Below the pieces are notes generated by a model that searched no databases, had not been told where the DNA came from, and was given only the letters and a program-made list of their open reading frames with translations. The position numbers and the translations under genes were made by a program. A stretch of 64,000 nucleotides of DNA from Candidatus Hydrogenedentota bacterium. GTDB lineage: Bacteria > Hydrogenedentota > Hydrogenedentia > Hydrogenedentales > SLHB01. The stretch covers positions 64,001 to 128,000 of the forward strand of contig BTWA01000009.1 in assembly GCA_045863295.1 (NCBI GenBank), given 5' to 3'. Shown here piece after piece: positions 26,981 to 35,043 of this stretch. Positions within the stretch are counted from its first letter, which is position 1, and each line of letters begins with the position of its first letter.

Positions 26981-29532
26981 GGCTGGCTACTCACGGAAGC
27001 GTTTGCGTTGTTGGGGTCCCATCCTTGCCGCATTTTGGGTGGTGGATCGAGAGGGAGGAGGATAACGAACGAGGCACCTCCCGACGGGTTATTTTCCACG
27101 TAAATTTGTCCGGCGTGTTCGCTGATGATTCCGTGCACGACGGATAGGCCGAGGCCGCTGCCCCGGTCCTTTGTGGTGAAGAACGGAGTGAAAATGCGAT
27201 CCAGGGCGTCGGGGGCGATCCCCGTGCCGGTGTCGGACACAGTGACTTTGACGCACTCTCGAACCGGCTTTGGCCCGTGGCCGTTGCTGCTGTAGAGAGA
27301 CGCCTGGTCGCGTGCAGCGGTAATGGTCAAAGTTCCCCTTCCGTGGTCCTTCATGGCATCGATGGCGTTGAGTACTAAATTCAAGAAAACCTGATGCAAC
27401 TGCTGTTCATCGCCGTAAATGCATGTGCAATCCGTGGCCAGCTTGGTTTCGACGCCAATGATGCCTTTACGGATCTGATTCTCCAGCAGAATGAGGACCT
27501 CCTCGATGATAGCATGAAGATTCTGAGGCGCAAAATTCGCAGGCTTGGGCCTCGCGAAGTGGAGCAGGCGCGTGACGATGGAATCGATTCTCTCCACTTC
27601 GGTTGGAACCACATCGCTGAACGTGTTTCGAAAATCGGGATCGTTGTAACGGTCCATGAGAAGTTGTGCGAAGGTCTTGATGGATACGAGTGGGTTTTTG
27701 ATTTCATGCGCCATGCCGGCGGCGAGCGTGCCAATAGAGGAGAGCCGGTGGGCGCGCTGCATGCTTTGTTCCAGGCGTTTCAAATGCGTGAGGTCGTATA
27801 ACAACGCCATCGCGCCCGTGACTTCCTCGTCCACGGTAGTGAGACACGAGGAGGACATGGCCACGGAAATGCGGTCGCCGTTGGGCCCGGTGATGACGGT
27901 TTCATAGTCGTGAACACTTTGTCGCGTAGTGAGGGTTTGTCTTATGACACTGGCCACTTCGGGCGTAAGCACATCGACGTGTGCGCCGATCTTAATCGGA
28001 CCGAGCAATTCGACGGCGCCTTGATTTACCGTAGTGACTTCGCCGCTGGTGTTTACGGCGACGACGCCGCCGCGCATGTTACTGAGGATGCGGGCGCGAT
28101 GCAGGTTGGCTTCCTCTAGCGCGCGGTAGAGGCGTGCATTTTCGATGGCCGCGGCCAGAGGCCCCGCGAGTGCCTGAAATGCCAGGACGTCTTCCGCTGT
28201 AAAGATGTCCTTTGACGTTTTTTGACTGAGGGTCATAATACCCACCAGCGTTGATTTTTGAATTAGCGGCACCGCCATGTAGGCGTCCAACTCCGCGAGG
28301 AGTTCGGCGATTCGCACGCGGTCGGCGGAGGGTTTTCCGTGAATCAATTGTTCCAGCACGAGGGGGGTCGGGTTTAGGTGCAGGTAGTCGAGCAGCATGC
28401 CGAACTGGTGGAGGCGTCCACCCATTTCGCGCCTATCGCTCGAGTACTCAGTAATCAGGATATCCTTGTCCTTGGGATCGACCAAATGGATTCGGATGGT
28501 CTTCACGCCGAGGGTCTGTTGGATGTTCGTGCAGACGGATTCCATGAGTTCGTCAATCTGCACAGTTTGCGAAGCCTTTTCGCTGACGCGTGCGAGCAAT
28601 TGCTGGGCGTCGTAGTGACGCTTGAGAATCACGCGTTTGGCGATCAGTTGCAGGCGTTCCTTCAGGGGTTCCAGAAAGACGGCGATCACGATGGCGGCGA
28701 GCAGGGCGGTGATGATATCGGCGTCGCCGCGGGCGATGCTCAATCCATAATGGGCCAACACAAACGCGCCCACGAAGATAAGTACGACAAACCCCGTGGT
28801 GACCGTGTATACCGCGGTGGCGGACAGGATTACCCACACGTCCATCAAGTGGTACCGGATCATGGCGTAGGCGAAGATGGCCATGGTGGGCAGCACGAAA
28901 ACAGGTCCATAGGGTTCGAAGAAGCGGATTCCGAGGAATACCAAAAGCATGTTCGTAATGAAACCGAGGATGGCGACGACAAACACGCCCAGGATTACGT
29001 GTTGAATCTGGCGGCGTTGAATGCCGGACGAAACCCGCAGTTTCCGGAACAGGTTGATGTAGATCAGAATTAGCGCCAGTACGCCCAGCGGAAAGAATCC
29101 GAAATTGAAGACCGGTCCGTACACCACGTTGGGATAGCCCGTGGATTTTGCCTCGACGGTGACAAAATAGTAGGGATCGGGCAGGAAGCAAAGTACAATG
29201 AGGGCCAGCCCCACGACGTAAAAGAAGATGACGGCGGAGCGCGAGCCTTGGAACCGTCCTGTGGGGGAGTAGCAAACAAAGTTATAAAACGTGCCGGGGA
29301 ACAGACACGCAATAATGAATGTGGATCGCATCCAGAAGCGCGCATCTTCGACGTTGGTGCAATGGATAATGGCGAAAACGCCGAGGACCCACAACATCAG
29401 ATTCGTGGACAGGGCAGCGAATGCGATGTGATTGACACGGCGGTGGTTGTGGCCAAGGACGATTGCCGTGAGCGCAAGGCAAGACAGGGCGGAGAGGATT
29501 TGGAAAAATCCTGTGACGTCAATCCACCACAT
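26977..29532 (-). CDS. Membrane sensor histidine kinase (HisKA_7TM-like multi-TM, GAF, PAS, HisKA, HATPase)
   Basis: About 9 N-terminal TM segments; GAF ending AIENARLY; GMAHEIKNPL; NLVLNA, DTGTGI, PFFTTK and GSGLGL. ATG overlaps the ketosynthase stop (TGATG). Confidence 0.93.
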   Translation of the reverse strand: MWWIDVTGFFQILSALSCLALTAIVLGHNHRRVNHIAFAALSTNLMLWVLGVFAIIHCTNVEDARFWMRSTFIIACLFPGTFYNFVCYSPTGRFQGSRSAVIFFYVVGLALIVLCFLPDPYYFVTVEAKSTGYPNVVYGPVFNFGFFPLGVLALILIYINLFRKLRVSSGIQRRQIQHVILGVFVVAILGFITNMLLVFLGIRFFEPYGPVFVLPTMAIFAYAMIRYHLMDVWVILSATAVYTVTTGFVVLIFVGAFVLAHYGLSIARGDADIITALLAAIVIAVFLEPLKERLQLIAKRVILKRHYDAQQLLARVSEKASQTVQIDELMESVCTNIQQTLGVKTIRIHLVDPKDKDILITEYSSDRREMGGRLHQFGMLLDYLHLNPTPLVLEQLIHGKPSADRVRIAELLAELDAYMAVPLIQKSTLVGIMTLSQKTSKDIFTAEDVLAFQALAGPLAAAIENARLYRALEEANLHRARILSNMRGGVVAVNTSGEVTTVNQGAVELLGPIKIGAHVDVLTPEVASVIRQTLTTRQSVHDYETVITGPNGDRISVAMSSSCLTTVDEEVTGAMALLYDLTHLKRLEQSMQRAHRLSSIGTLAAGMAHEIKNPLVSIKTFAQLLMDRYNDPDFRNTFSDVVPTEVERIDSIVTRLLHFARPKPANFAPQNLHAIIEEVLILLENQIRKGIIGVETKLATDCTCIYGDEQQLHQVFLNLVLNAIDAMKDHGRGTLTITAARDQASLYSSNGHGPKPVRECVKVTVSDTGTGIAPDALDRIFTPFFTTKDRGSGLGLSVVHGIISEHAGQIYVENNPSGGASFVILLPLDPPPKMRQGWDPNNANASVSSQP

Positions 29533-30779
29533 CAATTACATTTCCTGAGCACCAAAGCGCCGTGCGTGCCTCCGAAGCTCATGGCCGTTACGATGGCTGT
29601 CCGCACGTCATTATAGCGCGCCTTTTTGGGAACGTAGTCGAGGTCGCACTCAGGGTCGGGATCCTGGAGGTTGATGTTGGGCGCGACGATACCTTCCTGA
29701 ATGGCCAGCAGGGCGGCGCCTATGCTGTAGAGGCCCCCCGCGGAATAGGGCTGTCCGGTCATGGACTTTGTGGCCGAGAGGGGGATCCGGTAGGCCTGTT
29801 TTGCCAGCGCTTTTTTGTAGGCGGCGGTTTCGGATCGATCGTACATGGGCAGGGAGACCCCGTGGCAAAAGGCGGCATCGATGTCTTCCGGCGATGTGCC
29901 GGCATCTTGAATGGCCGTGCTCATGGCGCGTGCCAGGGCCGCGCCTTCCCGTTCCAGGGTTAGCAAGTTGTTCGCCTCGGCGGAGGAGCCGTATCCGCCC
30001 ACTTCGGCCAGGATGGTGGCGCCTCGTTCCCTGGCGTGTCCGAGCCTTTCCAATACCAGGGCGGCCGAGCCTTCGCTCAAGACGATGCCATCGCTGTTTC
30101 GATCGAAAGGCCGCATTGCCTTTTCGGGAGCGTCGTTCATTTTGGAGAGGATGCCCAGTGCGCAGGAAGCGGCAATGGTCAGTTCTGTTAGCGGCGCTTC
30201 GGTAGCGCCGACGACCGCCATGTCGGCACGTCCGGAGCGGATTTGGGCAACGCCCCATGAGACTACATCGAGCCCAGTGGAACAACCGCTGGCCAACGTC
30301 ACCGCAGGTCCTCGCAGGCCGTGCGTGACACTGATGTATGCTGTTGCGCCGTGGCCTGACGATGCAGACGTAGTGAGTTTGTCCAGATTGGTCCAACCGC
30401 CGGTTTCATAGGATGTTCGATGGCGCAGATAGTGTTCGTCTGGTGAGCCCACGCTGGTTCCGAAGGCCGTGGCCATGCGTTCGGGATCGTACGTGCCGGG
30501 TACATATGAGGAATCGTCCAATGCCAGGCGGGCCGAGCCGGCGGCCAAGTGGACGTGGCGATACCACCGCCGGACATCGGCTTTTTTCATGAATTCAGAA
30601 GGGTCGTAATCGCGGACTTCCCCCGCAATTTTGCATGGAAAAGGGGTTGGATCGAAACGTTCGATACGGCGCACGCCCGAGCGTCCTTCGCGCAACGAAG
30701 ACCAAAAGGCCTTTCGCCCGACACCGTTGCAGGCGACAATCCCGAACCCTGTGACTACTATTGGTTCTCTGATTATCAT
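29532..30779 (-). CDS. Beta-ketoacyl-ACP synthase II (FabF/KS-alpha)-like protein with atypical active site
   Basis: IVVTGFG, LRGP, SGCSTGLD (Cys), RPFD..SDG.VLSEG, CHG, KSMTGQ (canonical KSMTGH) and SFGG. Confidence 0.88.
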   Translation of the reverse strand: MIIREPIVVTGFGIVACNGVGRKAFWSSLREGRSGVRRIERFDPTPFPCKIAGEVRDYDPSEFMKKADVRRWYRHVHLAAGSARLALDDSSYVPGTYDPERMATAFGTSVGSPDEHYLRHRTSYETGGWTNLDKLTTSASSGHGATAYISVTHGLRGPAVTLASGCSTGLDVVSWGVAQIRSGRADMAVVGATEAPLTELTIAASCALGILSKMNDAPEKAMRPFDRNSDGIVLSEGSAALVLERLGHARERGATILAEVGGYGSSAEANNLLTLEREGAALARAMSTAIQDAGTSPEDIDAAFCHGVSLPMYDRSETAAYKKALAKQAYRIPLSATKSMTGQPYSAGGLYSIGAALLAIQEGIVAPNINLQDPDPECDLDYVPKKARYNDVRTAIVTAMSFGGTHGALVLRKCN

Positions 30780-30897
30780 GATGAGTTGCCGTTCTATGCG
30801 CGTCGCGGACGGCGCATGCCGGGTTGCGCCTGTGTAGCGCATCCGCTAAATTCGCCACGATTCCCCCGGCCGGGCACACTACGCGCGGCCGATATTT

Positions 30898-32601
30898 TTA
30901 AGCCTGACTCGCGACGCCGCCGCGCGTGGCATCCAGCGGTTCGAAAGCTACGCGGCGCGGCGCAATGCAGACTGCTTCGTTAAATTGCATGACGAATTCA
31001 GCAATTCCGGAGGTGTCGCCTTCGAGGAGTTCGCGCTGGATGCGATCGCCGAACAGGCTTTCGCCTCCGTCATAGCCGACGAGGCGCGCAATACGCAGGA
31101 GCGGTTCCGGCGTGGATGCATGAACGCCAATCTCTTCGATATCTTTGATTAGTTCTTCACGTTCGGCGAGTGCCTGGGCCAAGCTGAGTTTTCCGATTTG
31201 ATAGGGCAACGCGCGCCAGCGATCTTGTGGAAGCGGAAACCGGCGGCGGCGCTTGATCATGTGATGCAAGTAGGCCGACTCATCCACACCGAATCCAAAC
31301 CGTTTCGGATCGCGGAACCAAAGAGAGAAAGGCGTCAAGCCGGGAAAAATGACCGGCGCGGCACTGGGCTTGGTGCGTTGGAGAATACGAAGGGTTTCAC
31401 AACGCGTGTGGTAGTCGTCCCACGGGCAGGGATACGAAAACGAAGCCACCGTGAAGAGCCCTGCGTTGCGGCTTGCGCGCAGTACGGTCTCGGCCTCGGT
31501 GACGGTAAAGCCAGTGCCGTAAAACTGATCGAGGAGGCGTTGACTGCCAGTGCCAATCTCAAAGGCCAGCGACATGCACCCGGACTGGCGCAAGGAATGC
31601 ATTGCGGCTGGCACCATGCGCCTTACATTGCTTGTACGCGTGTAGCGGATGCGCATGCCCCGCCGGATCAATTCGTTGGCCACGGCGGCCACGTGCGACG
31701 CGGGTGCGTGAGAGCCCGTGAATGCGAACGCGCGCGCGCCGAACAGGGTGCCTAGACGCCACATTTCGTGACACACGGCCGTCACCGGTTTCATGCTGAG
31801 CGAGCGGTCGGGGCTGATGCAGGGGTCCCCATTGCCCGGATGTGGATTCCCACGGGAATCCTCCACTTCAAACACGCGCAGCTTTTCGCCGTGGCGAAGC
31901 GCTGGATAGATGTCAATTTCGTAGGCGAGATTGGGAAGGCTGGACAACGTTGCGCCTGGCTGGCGCGGTGTACGAGCGAGAGTACGTCCACGCCGGACGA
32001 CCAAATTTGAAACACCACCCCACGAATCGGGCTGTTCGATTTTCTCGGCAATGGCGACCAAAGTCATTTCCGGGTCGCCGATGCACAGGCAGTCAAAGGA
32101 ATCAAACGCCAGCATCACGGACTCGCTGTGTTGGCTGGCCGCTTCGCCGAAACCGACGATGCGCAGTTTGGGGCGAAGTCCTCGCAGGCGGGAGGCAATG
32201 CGTGAGGCGCAAGGCAAATCTTCCACCGAGCGCAGGTGAAACGCAGCGAAATGGAGCCCACGCACATTTGCAAGCGCAACGGCAATGGAGTCGCAGAGTT
32301 CGTTTTGCCGTTGGCGAAAGGCTTTGTCTGCGGAGCGGATTTGCCAGAGTGTGTGCAGGGTCTCAAGGGGGTTAATGGAATCGTCGCCGACTACTCGATC
32401 CGCAATGCGCCTCGCCGTGTCACTCAACCCACCGGAGACCAGGCTTTCGACCACTTCTACGGAGCCATAGTCGTAGATGCGGGTTGTGTGTCCTGCATCC
32501 AGCAGCGATCCGGCGGTTGCCGCCAGGACTCTGTCCGGCATAAGCGCCTGTGGATCAAAGGGATATCCAGGGCAGTACACGAGGGCGCTGCAGGTTTTCA
32601 T
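30898..32601 (-). CDS. B12-binding/radical-SAM-like protein lacking the CxxxCxxC motif
   Basis: AAGGAG RBS. Class-B-methylase-like layout (AGSLLDAGHTTRIYD, FDCLCIGDPE, SGCMSLAFEIGTGSQRLLD), but SRGNPHPGNGDPC stands where SRGCxxxCxFC is expected. Confidence 0.8.
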   Translation of the reverse strand: MKTCSALVYCPGYPFDPQALMPDRVLAATAGSLLDAGHTTRIYDYGSVEVVESLVSGGLSDTARRIADRVVGDDSINPLETLHTLWQIRSADKAFRQRQNELCDSIAVALANVRGLHFAAFHLRSVEDLPCASRIASRLRGLRPKLRIVGFGEAASQHSESVMLAFDSFDCLCIGDPEMTLVAIAEKIEQPDSWGGVSNLVVRRGRTLARTPRQPGATLSSLPNLAYEIDIYPALRHGEKLRVFEVEDSRGNPHPGNGDPCISPDRSLSMKPVTAVCHEMWRLGTLFGARAFAFTGSHAPASHVAAVANELIRRGMRIRYTRTSNVRRMVPAAMHSLRQSGCMSLAFEIGTGSQRLLDQFYGTGFTVTEAETVLRASRNAGLFTVASFSYPCPWDDYHTRCETLRILQRTKPSAAPVIFPGLTPFSLWFRDPKRFGFGVDESAYLHHMIKRRRRFPLPQDRWRALPYQIGKLSLAQALAEREELIKDIEEIGVHASTPEPLLRIARLVGYDGGESLFGDRIQRELLEGDTSGIAEFVMQFNEAVCIAPRRVAFEPLDATRGGVASQA

Positions 32602-33054
32602 AGGCGCTCCTTGCCTTCAGTATCGAGTGCGACCCCACGGACCCATGTCGGCGAAGGTACCACAAGATGTAGAAATCGCCATCACTCTCCGAACGCACAA
32701 TACATTATATGGCGTGGCGATTCTAGCAAAGCCACCATATTTATGCAACTGGAAATTTACGCCCCCATATCTTGAGCGGCATGAAGGCCGATTCGCAGTT
32801 TTCAGGGTAAGTGGCTGGCAGTAAATGGGTTGGTAGAGGCGCGGTTTTTCGTCGACTTCCTTGGGCATGGTAAGGAGGGCAGACACGGTGTTCGATGGTG
32901 CAGTTTTTCGCGGCATAGGTAATGTTTAAATTACAAAAGCAAACGTAAAATAAAAATTACAAAATATTGTTCATGTCCTCCTGTTGCCGCTGACGACGCA
33001 TAGTGGTCGCCATCTAAGATACCATGGTCTTTGATGCTACCATTTTGATAGAGA

Positions 33055-33085
33055 ACTCTCCATCGCTATCGCGGCGATGGAGAGT
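33055..33085. terminator. Hairpin downstream of the dehydrogenase gene, possible terminator
   Basis: 12-bp stem ACTCTCCATCGC-tatcgcg-GCGATGGAGAGT; only a weak U-tract. Confidence 0.45.
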
Positions 33086-33138
33086 AAAATATGCAGGGAG
33101 GAGTGCCTAAGCGCAATTGTAACAAAGTGAGATAAAGA

Positions 33139-34185
33139 TTACTTATTCCAATCTTGATATGCGTCGTAAATCTGTTGTCGCATGGTAGAAATGAAGGCTT
33201 CGGTCACGGGCTTGTCCGAGGCGACCGTGTACCACAATCCAACTTCATTGACGTACCAAGCCAACTTACGCAGTCCTTCGGCTACTTGGTCCCACGTGAG
33301 GTCCATGGCTTCCGGGCGGATATCCACGCCTGCGCGCTGGATCAGGCGAAGCATCTTGTCGGGTTCGTTTTCCTGCAGTGCCGACCCAATGTAGATACCG
33401 AGGCATACGGGTAGCCCGTGGATGAACTTCTTGTGGGTCATGTATTCGAGGGTGTAGAAGAGGAAGTGGTCGATACCCTCGATATGTCGGGGATTCCAGC
33501 CCGCGTTGTGAAATGCGGCGCCTCCCCATCGAAGCCCGGCGGCGAGGGCGCGGATGCCGGTTTCGTTCAGCGCGTGGATGTCGTCCAATTTGTCGACCAC
33601 ACTGTCCAGAACGGCTTTGGACTCGGCGCACAGGCCGGGGTCATAAGGCCATTGCTTTTCTGTTTTTCCCCGGTCATGGGCGAGTTTCCAGTCGTAGATG
33701 GCGGTGTGATAGCAGAAGACATCGCAGACGCCGCTTCGGTTGAGCAGTTTCGGGCCGTTTTGAATCACGTCGAAATCAATGTAGACGGCCTCGGGCACGG
33801 TGTAGGTGATGTAGCGCACCTTGCTGCCAAAGCGCATGCCGGCCCGGTGGCCGAAGGCGGCGTTGGTCGCCAGTGAGGTGGGCACTTGAAACAATGGTTT
33901 CCGGTCATGCCACGCGAAGATCTTGGCCACGTCGAGTGCCTGTCCGCCACCGAGGCCGATGACGGAATTGAATTTGGGCAGGCTGGCCATGTCCTTGACG
34001 ATGTCATCGTATTCCAGCGTTTTGACGAAATACGGCCCGGCGATGTTCTTGTCAAAGTGATGTTTGAATATGGGCCACAAATCTTCCATGGTGACCACGA
34101 GATAAGGTTGGTGCACGAAGTTCGGCAGTTCGCCGATGAGGTTGCGTCCGAAAATGGTGTTGAAGAAACTGGCTTGTGAGAACAT
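33139..34185 (-). CDS. Glycerol-1-phosphate dehydrogenase/glycerol dehydrogenase-like (DHQS/Fe-ADH superfamily)
   Basis: IGLGGGQALDVAK, VPTSLA, P.AVYIDFDVI, RSGVCD, EGIDH and HGLPVCLG. Confidence 0.8.
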   Translation of the reverse strand: MFSQASFFNTIFGRNLIGELPNFVHQPYLVVTMEDLWPIFKHHFDKNIAGPYFVKTLEYDDIVKDMASLPKFNSVIGLGGGQALDVAKIFAWHDRKPLFQVPTSLATNAAFGHRAGMRFGSKVRYITYTVPEAVYIDFDVIQNGPKLLNRSGVCDVFCYHTAIYDWKLAHDRGKTEKQWPYDPGLCAESKAVLDSVVDKLDDIHALNETGIRALAAGLRWGGAAFHNAGWNPRHIEGIDHFLFYTLEYMTHKKFIHGLPVCLGIYIGSALQENEPDKMLRLIQRAGVDIRPEAMDLTWDQVAEGLRKLAWYVNEVGLWYTVASDKPVTEAFISTMRQQIYDAYQDWNK

Positions 34186-34355
34186 CGGTGATTTCCCCCG
34201 CGTCTGAATTGCGTTTACAGCGGACCACAGGATACGAAGTGAACGTGTACACGATCAACGGCGAGCATTGGCCGGTGTACGATCGACGAACGATTCTCAG
34301 GTACTCTTCATTCTTGGTTTAATTCAGACACCTGATTACTTCCCCCGTTGTAGAG

Positions 34356-34757
34356 TCACACGGCCTGGCGGTTCCCTTCAAACATCGCGACTACAGGTTC
34401 CTTCATAAGCACGATGATGGTAAAAATACCCAGGATGGTGCCAAAGGGGATGCTCATGCATTCGAGGGCGGCAACCACGACGCAAAAGGTGCGGGACTGG
34501 CGGGCCTTTAGTTTTCGGCCCGCGGTAATGATGGCAAATGCGAAGGCCCATCCAATCAGAATGACGAGCGCACCGATGGCGATGAACACAAAGCCGATGA
34601 CGGCAGGGGGGGCGTCGTCGCCCGCGAAGGCGCCGGCCACCATGGCGATGCCCAGGATAATGTGGATAATTGGGATGCAGGAGAACAATGCGACCAACCC
34701 GCCAAATATGAAATGGAAAATGGCGAGCAAATCGAGATAGCGTTCGTCATCGGTCAT
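34356..34757 (-). CDS. Small integral membrane protein (3-4 TM)
   Basis: 133 aa, hydrophobic, with LDLLAIFHFI and C-terminal PFGTILGIFTIIVL; AAAGGA RBS. Confidence 0.75.
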   Translation of the reverse strand: MTDDERYLDLLAIFHFIFGGLVALFSCIPIIHIILGIAMVAGAFAGDDAPPAVIGFVFIAIGALVILIGWAFAFAIITAGRKLKARQSRTFCVVVAALECMSIPFGTILGIFTIIVLMKEPVVAMFEGNRQAV

Positions 34758-35043
34758 GACTGTATCCTTTCGGGTGCGAGCCTGGACGCCTTGGTGGTGT
34801 AGCGCGGCAAATCCCTAAAGTCCGGTTACGCTAAGAATAGCGGAATCTTTCGTTCGCGACGAGTTTCTCAACGGATTGAGGGGTCCCCCATGCCGGAATC
34901 CGTGATGGCCATAGGCGTTAATCGTGCGAGTTGGTAACGTTGAATTGCCATCCGTCTGCGCGGGTGGCATGATGGTGCCTGGGGTTTGTCTGCTTCGAGC
35001 CTATCCGAATGTTTCTGTTCGGTGAACGCTTGGGAGGTATCGT

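Noticed and set aside
29532..32601. Complete type II PKS, ladderane or aryl-polyene cluster
   Set aside because: No ACP, reductase, dehydratase or second KS nearby, and both enzymes have non-canonical active sites.
34800..34850. GGCAAA...CTAAG...ATAGCGG resembling a c-di-GMP-I riboswitch
   Set aside because: No GNRA tetraloop/receptor stems or P1 pairing could be built; an Infernal search with the Rfam c-di-GMP-I model would settle it.
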